From positions 15,770,765 through 15,803,493 of the forward strand of contig NC_068986.1 of NCBI RefSeq assembly GCF_001194135.2: DNA of 32,729 nt, read 5' to 3'. Source of the DNA: Octopus bimaculoides (Eukaryota). The translations under genes were made by a program, and so were the position numbers. Below the pieces are notes generated by a model. It worked only from the letters and a program-made list of their open reading frames with translations. It was not told where the DNA came from and did not search any database. Positions 24,405-32,729 of this stretch are shown here, one piece after another; the first letter of the stretch is position 1, and each line of letters begins with the position of its first letter.

Positions 24405-24830
24405 TATATGTATAATGTACAGAATTACAAGTTACTAATAGTTTTATGTGTTAGAGATGAAAGTTTGGTAAGATTTAATAACGCACCATGTGTTCCCAAG
24501 CAATCGGAGGCTCCGTGGATAGCATTATTTGAATACAACGTAATTCTTCTTTCCATTTCTGACATTACGTAGAGATTCTGTGATTTCTACCAGATATACG
24601 ATGAAATTTATAAGTCATACCAGCACGAGTTGGCAGGCTTGATCGCGGTTCTTATATTTGAGAGTGCGCACGTGTTCATGTTACTGATGAAAATATTCAT
24701 AATATATGCACAGCAGCTATATGATAAATTATTTGAGCGTCTGTTGAAAAATATATATTTGTGATTTTCTGGGAAACTGGAACAAAAGTCCTGCTTTTCA
24801 ATGCTATGTAAAACGCACAACAAATTTGAC
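24405..24830 (-). mobile_element. Penelope-like relic, unit 4
   Basis: Reads FPENHKYIFFNRRSNNLSYSCC, followed by NFIVYLVEIT. Confidence 0.65.
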
Positions 24831-24981
24831 GGAATACATGTTCAATTCAATTACAAAAAAAAACACCAAAAAAACAATTGATAAATTACGGCAGACGTCA
24901 TAAAGCGACATGGAATATAATTGTAAAATTCTGCACATCTTTATGCATGTGTGTGCGAGACTGAGGGAGATTACATATATG

Positions 24982-25057
<76 letters not shown>

Positions 25058-25171
25058 CGCACACATGTATGCATGTGTATATGTGATTGCGTGCATGTCG
25101 ACGAAATATTTGCATATTGTTGAAAATATTGAAACTTTTAGTAGTAGCTATAATCAAAATGTGTTTAATTT

Positions 25172-26095
25172 TTATAATTTGGTCTCAATATAATATACAT
25201 TGCATCTATTTGTTAGTTTTTTTTTTTTCGAACATATATTCTTCATATTGTCACGAAAATGTTTACTTACAATGAGATACATTATAAAGTTAACACAGTT
25301 ATTTATCAAGGACAGCTTCCCCAAAATATAGTAAATGGAATCAAGTTTGCAATCCGTAAATATTATACTAAAGTTATAGAGGGAAGCAGGAAACGCTGTT
25401 GAGAGAAATACAACATTTATAGCAATTACGATATATACTGTGTTCCTATGTTGAGTTGCAACTCTTCGATTAAAATTCTGACCCAGGTTAGGTCGACTGA
25501 TTAATTTATAAATTAAAATAATAGAACTTAAAGCTAAACACGCTGCAGGCAAAAAAGAATATATGGCAATAGATAGAATGAAAGCTTACGCAGAATTTTC
25601 TGGAAACAAAAATGATGTACAATATACACCAATTACAATAATAAGTACAGTAAACATTACGATGTATGGAGTAACATTTTCTGTAGAATAGCGTCGTGAA
25701 AATGGGTAATAGACCGCCAACAATCGCTGAACAGATATACACACTGTTATCCAGGAAGAAAACATGCATAAAATACTAAGGATTTGACCGAAAGGGCGAT
25801 TTCCGTACAAGTATGTACTCGGAAATTCCAAATCGTATGTTGTCCAAATATTTCTTATGCAAATCATCAAGATTAAAAATGTATCGACAATAAGAAGGCA
25901 GAGAAGATATGGATTAATTTTCGACTTCGGCATGGATTTGCTACAAAATATTGCCATAGTAGTTAAATTACCGATAATTCCAAAAGTTAACAAAATTATG
26001 GATCCATACCGCTGGAAATAAGTGACGGCAATGTTTGTTCTATTTAAGTTAATGTCCACAGTACAGTTCCTGAATATGATTTCTTTTATATCCAT
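25172..26095 (-). pseudogene. 7TM receptor copy 4, single in-frame nonsense codon
   Basis: ORF-track pieces 25586-26095 and 25172-25552 are in the same frame. TAA at 25586-25588 sits where copies 3 and 5 have Tyr (SA*AFIL vs SAYVLIL and VAYAFIL). The TM3 ER motif reads QR. Confidence 0.85.
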
Positions 26096-26237
26096 TCTAA
26101 CAAATAGAAATTAATGCTAGCAACAATGCATAAATATCTCTAATATACTACTACTACTACGTCTACTGATGCTGCTGCTACTGCTACTACTGCTGCTTCT
26201 GCTTCTGCTAGTAATTATTATTATTATTATTATTATT

Positions 26238-27617
26238 GTTCAGTAGTTTTATTTTTATAACGTGCTTTCACTTCATTACCGAGCGCAGCTCTGTGCGCCT
26301 TGGGTATATGCTGTGGTTTGCTGTGGTGCTCTTATGTTTACTGTATTGAAAGTGTTTTGCGTAGAATGTGTGCAGTACCCAGTAGTGCAATTTTCTGTAT
26401 GTTATAAATATTTGTAAGTCCTGGTGTTTTTGTTATGTATTTGTCTGAATATTTTTTTATTATACCTAAGGCACCTACTATGATAGGAATTGTTTCTGTT
26501 TTTAGATTCCACATTCGAGTTATCTCTATTTCCAGGTCTTTGTATTTTGAAAGTTTTCCCATTTCTTTTAGAGAAACGTTNNNNNNNNNNNNNNNNNNNN
26601 NNNNNNNNNNNNNNNNNNNNNNNNNNNNNNNNNNNNNNNNNNNNNNNNNNNNNNNNNNNNNNNNNNNNNNNNNNNNNNNNNNNNNNNNNNNNNNNNNNNN
26701 NNNNNNNNNNNNNNNNNNNNNNNNNNNNNNNNNNNNNNNNNNNNNNNNNNNNNNNNNNNNNNNNNNNNNNNNNNNNNNNNNNNNNNNNNNNNNNNNNNNN
26801 NNNNNNNNNNNNNNNNNNNNNNNNNNNNNNNNNNNNNNNNNNNNNNNNNNNNNNNNNNNNNNNNNNNNNNNNNNNNNNNNNNNNNNNNNNNNNNNNNNNN
26901 NNNNNNNNNNNNNNNNNNNNNNNNNNNNNNNNNNNNNNNNNNNNNNNNNNNNNNNNNNNNNNNNNNNNNNNNNNNNNNNNNNNNNNNNNNNNNNNNNNNN
27001 NNNNNNNNNNNNNNNNNNNNNNNNNNNNNNNNNNNNNNNNNNNNNNNNNNNNNNNNNNNNNNNNNNNNNNNNNNNNNNNNNNNNNNNNNNNNNNNNNNNN
27101 NNNNNNNNNNNNNNNNNNNNNNNNNNNNNNNNNNNNNNNNNNNNNNNNNNNNNNNNNNNNNNNNNNNNNNNNNNNNNNNNNNNNNNNNNNNNNNNNNNNN
27201 NNNNNNNNNNNNNNNNNNNNNNNNNNNNNNNNNNNNNNNNNNNNNNNNNNNNNNNNNNNNNNNNNNNNNNNNNNNNNNNNNNNNNNNNNNNNNNNNNNNN
27301 NNNNNNNNNNNNNNNNNNNNNNNNNNNNNNNNNNNNNNNNNNNNNNNNNNNNNNNNNNNNNNNNNNNNNNNNNNNNNNNNNNNNNNNNNNNNNNNNNNNN
27401 NNNNNNNNNCTTCTTCTTCTTCTTCTTCTTCTTCGTATTTGTTAGGTAGATTGATTTCTTGTTTGTATTTGTCAGCTTCCTTAAATACTGAAAACAGTTT
27501 TTTTTGTTTTGCTCGTGTTTTGTGGCTATTTGTATTAGTTTCCCTTGCTTCTGGAGTAGGTATTTTTGCAGTCCTATGGTGGTTATTTTATAATAGTTTT
27601 CTAGCTGTATAAGACCC
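26238..27617 (-). mobile_element. 5'-truncated R4/Dong-type LINE, family A, body partly in a gap
   Basis: The 3' part encodes SKYKDLEIEITRMW...LLGTAHILRKTLSIQ*. The 5' part beyond the gap encodes GLIQLENYYKITTIGLQKYL (post-RT region). (TTA)n flanks both ends. Confidence 0.85.
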
Positions 27618-27675
<58 letters not shown>

Positions 27676-27789
27676 TATTATTATTATTATTTACTGAATT
27701 TTCACTCGTAAAAGATTCTCAATTTATGTCAGAAAATGCACGTGATTTCTCGTTTAATATTTATACGTGTGTGTGTATGTGTGCATGTA

Positions 27790-28230
27790 TAATGTACAAA
27801 GTTACAAGTTTCTAATATGTTTATGCGTTGGCGTTGGGGTTTCTGGTAATTTTTGATAACACTCCTTCCGTGCCCGAGTAGGTGAAAACTCTGAGCATAG
27901 CATTATTTGAATTAGACGCTGCCTAACCTGATGTAATTTTCCCTTTCAGTTTGATTATTATGTCATGTTGCTGTCATTTTTCCCAGTTGTACGGCGTTTG
28001 ACATTCATGCCTGTATTAGTTGGCAAGGTGCATCTTGATTCCTACATTTCAGAGTGCGTTGATTGTGGTGTATACCTGTGAAGATATTCTTCATTTTGGC
28101 GTAGCAACTATACGATAATATATTACAACTTATGTATTATCATATTATCATCATATGTTGAATTTCATACAATTATGATTTTCTAGGAAACTAGAATATA
28201 TGTTCCGATGTTCAATGGCTTGTAGAAGAA
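27790..28230 (-). mobile_element. Penelope-like relic, unit 5 (more diverged)
   Basis: Collinear nucleotide similarity to 24405-24830 (TATAATGTAC..GTTACAAG; GCATTATTTGAA; TATGATTTTCTAGGAAACT). Confidence 0.5.
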
Positions 28231-28854
28231 ACATCGGTATGTATGTGTGTGTATGAGTGACCGTTCGTATGTATATGTATATATATATATATATATATAT
28301 TATGCATGTGTTTTGCAGTGTTTACAAATAAATCGGAAAAAAATAGTTACCAGGGTAGCAAAAATTCACACAAGTAACAATGATGTAACAGCCTATTTAT
28401 AAGGGTAGAAACTCTTGGTTTAGGTGAAATGNNNNNNNNNNNNNNNNNNNNNNNNNNNNNNNNNNNNNNNNNNNNNNNNNNNNNNNNNNNNNNNNNNNNN
28501 NNNNNNNNNNNNNNNNNNNNNNNNNNNNNNNNNNNNNNNNNNNNNNNNNNNNNNNNNNNNNNNNNNNNNNNNNNNNNNNNNNNNNNNNNNNNNNNNNNNN
28601 NNNNNNNNNNNNNNNNGTGTGTGTGTGTGTGTACGTATGTATATATATATATATATATATATTATGCATGTGTTTTGCAGTGTTTACAAATAAATCGGAA
28701 AAAAATAGTTACCAGGGTAGCAAAAATTCACACAAGTAACAATGATGTAACAGCCTATTTATAAGGGTAGAAACTCTTGGTTTAGGTGAAATGTTCTGTA
28801 TAATATAGATAAATAAATAAATGGAGTTAAACGCAAGTGTTACCGAAATTCTTT

Positions 28855-28945
28855 TACTTCCGATATGTTTCGTGGACAACATTAGTATAATTCTAGAAGG
28901 AATAAAATGGTGTAAAACAATGCAGTCTTCTCATCAGAGAGAGAA
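28855..28945 (-). ncRNA. Degenerate type I hammerhead motif in the left arm of an inverted repeat
   Basis: The minus strand reads CTGATGA (28937-28931)-GAAGA...TCCAC-GAAA-CATATC. The core is intact, but helix II is mismatched and GT is missing from helix III. It is homologous to 29646-29735. Confidence 0.5.
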
Positions 28946-29645
28946 AGAATCCAAACGCATCAACAAAACATTATGATAGAGGTAACGCTATTAAGTTAAA
29001 AAACAAAACAAAGAAAAACGTTAGTAGATATATCGGCGAAGGTAGTTTATAAAAAGTGAAGTAGGAGAAAGATCGAAATTAGCAGAAAACTAATTGTGGA
29101 AAGATATAGAGTGACAGGTGAATTAGAATAAAGCTTAAAGCCATGGAAGTAGATATATTTACTGGAAGTGAAATGAAAGAAGACTATCAAAGGACGAATT
29201 TTATAGAATGGTAGAAATCACTTATAGGAACTAAAGGTGTGTTTCTGCCAATGTTTGCAACGATAAACGTGTTTTGTAAACGTGGGATTCTTTGAGAAAA
29301 GCATAAAAGACATTTCACTACTATAAAGGGAGCAAGACTTTTACCTTCGTCATAAGGTGAAGAAATAGAGAAAATATTTCATTCCAATTTAGATTGTTTT
29401 TTTATAATCTTTTAGATACCAGATTAATTTACTAAGCCGAATATTTTTACGTTTATTCACATGCCTAAATGTATAGTAATAATTAGATATACTTTTGGAC
29501 AAGTGAGATGAAGAACTACCTATATAAACAAAAGACGTCAGAACCAGAAGTAACGGTTAAAAAAAACACTTGATAGCGTTCCCTCCATCGTATATGCAGT
29601 CATCAAATTCTGTTAATATGTCTTTTTGGTGTGTTTGGTTTCTTT

Positions 29646-29735
29646 CTTTTCCCCGATGAGAAGATTGCATTGTTTTACACTATTTTATTGCTTCTGTAAT
29701 AATACCAATATTGTCTTCGAAACATATGTCGAAAG
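29646..29735 (+). ncRNA. Degenerate type I hammerhead motif in the right arm of an inverted repeat
   Basis: CCGATGA 29653-29659 (U4>C), helix II GAAGA/TCTTC, GAAA 29719-29722, palindrome ACATATGT, GUC triplet 29728-29730. Helix I is imperfect. Confidence 0.6.
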
Positions 29736-29796
29736 TAAAAGAATTCGAATAAAACTTGCGTTTAACTCCATTTATCTATCTATGTATCTATCTGTC

Positions 29797-29843
<47 letters not shown>

Positions 29844-29980
29844 NNNNNNNNNNNNNNNNNNNNNNNNNNNNNNNNNNNNNNNNNNNNNNNNNNNNNNNNN
29901 NNNNNNNNNNNNNNNNNNNNNNNNNNNNNNNNNNNNNNNNNNNNNNNNNNNNNNNNNNNNNNNNNNNNNNNNNNNNNNNN

Positions 29981-30045
<65 letters not shown>

Positions 30046-30133
30046 TGATTGCGTGCATATTGATGGAATATTTGGACATAGTTTAAAATATTGAAATTTT
30101 AAGATGTAACTATAAACAAAATGTGTTTAATTA

Positions 30134-31057
30134 TTATAAATCCGTCTCAATATTATATATATTTCGTCTAGTTGTTAGGTTTGGATTTTTGGAACATATA
30201 TGCTTCACATTTTCACGAAAGCTCTTACTAACTATGAAATACATTATGAAATTAACGCAGTTATTCGTCAGAGCTATCATCTCAGAGAAATAGTAAGTGG
30301 AATCAAATTTGCAATCGTTATATATTATAACAAAGATATAGATGGAAGGAAGAAATGTTGTTAAGAGAAATACGAAATTTATAGTAACTACGATATATAT
30401 TGAGTGCCTGTTTTGAGTTGCAACGCTTCGATTATAATTCTGACCAAGGTTAGGTCGTCTGAATAATTTATAAATTAAAACAATAGAGCTTAAAGCTAAA
30501 CATGATGCAGGTATAAAGGAATAGGTGACTGAAGATAGAATGAAAGCGTAGGCGACAGGTACTGGAAAGAAAAACAACGTACAACATATACCAACATCAA
30601 TAAAAAGTATAGTTACCATTACAATATATGGGGTAGAGTTTCGTGTAGAATAGCGTCGTAAAAATGGGTAATAGACCGCAAACAATCGTTCAACAGAAAT
30701 ACTCATTGTTATCCAGGAAGAATACATAAATAAAATACTAACGATCAAAGTGTAAGGATCACTTCCAGGCGTCATTGTACTCGAAAATTTTAGATTATAT
30801 GATAAGCAAATATTTCTTATGCAAACTATCCAGATTATAAAAGTATCGACAATAAGAAGGCAGAGAAGATACGGATTAATGTTAGACTTCGTCATGGATT
30901 TGCTGCAAAATATTGCCATGGTGGTTAGATTACCGATAGTTCCAAAAGTTAACAAAATTATGGATCCATACCGCAGAAAATAAATGACAAGAACGTTTCT
31001 TATATCAATATCAACGACGAGGGTACAGTTGCTAATTGTGCTTTCTTTTCCATCCAT
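30134..31057 (-). CDS. 7TM receptor copy 5, 307 aa, intact
   Basis: Starts at ATG 31057 (MDGKES), which aligns with the other starts. All motifs are present and the protein ends IYNIETDL. Confidence 0.9.
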   Translation of the reverse strand: MDGKESTISNCTLVVDIDIRNVLVIYFLRYGSIILLTFGTIGNLTTMAIFCSKSMTKSNINPYLLCLLIVDTFIIWIVCIRNICLSYNLKFSSTMTPGSDPYTLIVSILFMYSSWITMSISVERLFAVYYPFLRRYSTRNSTPYIVMVTILFIDVGICCTLFFFPVPVAYAFILSSVTYSFIPASCLALSSIVLIYKLFRRPNLGQNYNRSVATQNRHSIYIVVTINFVFLLTTFLPSIYIFVIIYNDCKFDSTYYFSEMIALTNNCVNFIMYFIVSKSFRENVKHICSKNPNLTTRRNIYNIETDL

Positions 31058-31089
31058 TACAAAACAAATATTTAGCAATACTAAGAATG

Positions 31090-31102
31090 AATAATAATAA
31101 TG

Positions 31103-31177
<75 letters not shown>

Positions 31178-31318
31178 GTACATGGAACAAATAGGGGCTG
31201 CAATAAGGGTGGAGCACTTACGGAAAACAGCACTGCTTGGAACCGTTCGAATTCTCCGGAAGGTGCTCGAAAAATAAGAGGTGTTACCTTTGTTCACTCG
31301 TAGTGAACAGCTGACAAC

Positions 31319-31395
<77 letters not shown>

Positions 31396-31443
31396 AAGAA
31401 GAAGAAGAAGAAGAAGAAGAAGAAGAAGAAGAAGAAGAAGAAG
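31090..31443. repeat. (AAT)n and (AAG)n tracts upstream of copy 5, split by a LINE fragment
   Basis: Directly visible. Confidence 0.95.
31181..31320 (+). mobile_element. 3' fragment of a second R4/Dong-like LINE (family B)
   Basis: Translates as MEQIGAAIRVEHLRKTALLGTVRILRKVLEK* and is flanked by (AAT)n. Confidence 0.75.
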
Positions 31444-32214
31444 ATTTGTACTATAATTAAATTAAAGATTTTGTCACATATAATTAATATACTTTCGTAC
31501 TTTCAACATGCAAACAACAAGGTGTTATGTGTTCTGAGATATACATCTGCATAAAAGTTTGTATGGATAAGCGAATGGAAACGGCTACGTATGTATACAC
31601 ATGAACAGACACACTCGAACGTAGACATACAAATGTGTGTGTAACTGTTTTCTTTGTATGCATACATATATAAATATACGTGTGTGTGTGTGTGTGTGTG
31701 TGTGTGGATGTGCATGTGTGTGTATATATGTAATTATATCAGAATTGTCACCAAGATTGAGAAGGAGCAACAGTTAAGAGTGATTTATCCTGAGCTGACC
31801 AGCTCTACTTTAGTGGATCATAATATATGTATTAAATTGTTTGAATTAATTCGTGTTATAAGATGTTGGAACTGTTTAGTAAATCTACATGAATGTGCTT
31901 TAACGATGTAGAAGCATAATCTCTCCCACATTAACACCAGCCTGTTATCCTTGTTGCGTGGCATGGATATGTGGATATTAAGAATGATTAAATGTATGGC
32001 TGTGTGTCTACAATGGGTGTGTGCATGTATGTGTATGTGTCTGTGTGTCTGTGTTCCTGCGTTTTAGACATGCATACATAAATTGACATAAGTTGCTTGG
32101 TTGGTATACACATTTATTGATAAATTAATAAATCCATTGTTCGACAAATAGATATGTTGAGAAAAATAGGGATAGATAACGTGATGAAGAGGTAGGTAGG
32201 TACCTATATAGTTA

Positions 32215-32226
32215 GATAGGTAGATG

Positions 32227-32272
<46 letters not shown>

Positions 32273-32275
32273 CAG
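32215..32275. repeat. (GATA)n microsatellite
   Basis: Directly visible. Confidence 0.95.
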
Positions 32276-32540
32276 ACACCTATATAAGATAGATAGGTTA
32301 AAATGGACGCACGGCGAATGGGGTGGAGGATTAGATAGATATACAGATAATTAGACGGAAAGATGAAGAAGAAGTAGATGTACAATATTTAGACATATGG
32401 TTAGTCAGCTCTCTGGCTAAGTATATTGTCGGACAGCTCTTTCTCTCTCTCATTCTCTCTCCCCTCCCCCTCTCCCCCTCTCGCTCTATATATGTGTATG
32501 TATGTATGTTTGTGTATATGTTTGCGTGTCTGTCTGTCCC

Positions 32541-32724
32541 CTCAGCATCGCTTGACAACCGATGGTGGTGTGATTGCGTCCGCGTAACGTAGTGGTTCGG
32601 CAAAAGAGACCGATAGAATAAGTACTAGGCTTACAAAGAATAAGGTCTGAGGTCGATGTGCTCGATTATAAACGCGATGCTCCAGCAACGCGGCAGTCGA
32701 ATGTCTGAAACAAGAGTGAAAGAT
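32541..32724 (+). mobile_element. SINE 3' portion (octopus-like)
   Basis: CTTGACAACCGATG...GGTTCGGCAAAAGAGACCGATAGAATAAGTACTAGGCTTACAAAGAATAAG...CTGAAACAAG, recognised from memory as a common octopus repeat; not database-checked. Confidence 0.6.
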
Positions 32725-32729
32725 ATATA

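Larger units (their letters stand above)
28816..29775. mobile_element. Element of about 960 bp bounded by ~160-bp inverted repeats that each contain a hammerhead (Penelope pLTR-like)
   Basis: 28816-28975 is the diverged reverse complement of 29615-29775 (both begin ATGGAGTTAAACGCAAG from the outer end). The element is absent from the other units. Confidence 0.7.

Noticed and set aside
28280-28791. Identical ~150-bp direct repeat on both sides of gap 28432-28616
   Set aside because: An exact duplication at contig ends is most simply an unmerged assembly overlap.

Overview
This is an AT-rich, microsatellite-dense eukaryotic scaffold with 12 N-gaps. Its SINEs and LINE tails look like those I recall from octopus genomes; that taxon is an inference and has not been checked against a database. 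The backbone is a minus-strand tandem array of five paralogous, single-coding-exon class A 7TM receptors of about 305 aa, spaced 5-8.6 kb apart. Copies 1, 3 and 5 have open frames; copy 2 (frameshift plus a late stop) and copy 4 (nonsense codon) are disrupted. The receptors are atypical: they have almost no ECL2 and no TM3-ECL2 cysteine, but carry a conserved N-terminal/ECL3 Cys pair and a C-terminal class I PDZ-type motif (ETKL/ETDL). The spacers are themselves duplicated units containing Penelope-like relics, a mariner (present in two units, with an empty site in a third), tRNA-type SINEs and R4/Dong-type LINE tails in (TAA)n tracts. Two signals are not explained by the ORF track. (1) There are minimal type I hammerhead ribozyme motifs with palindromic helix III: two intact (8278-8336 +, 8664-8733 -) and three degenerate, several of them in inverted-repeat-bounded elements. 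(2) A ~2.6 kb array of 49-bp repeats has expanded from mariner transposase sequence that is single-copy in the sister unit. No rRNA, tRNA or CRISPR features were found.
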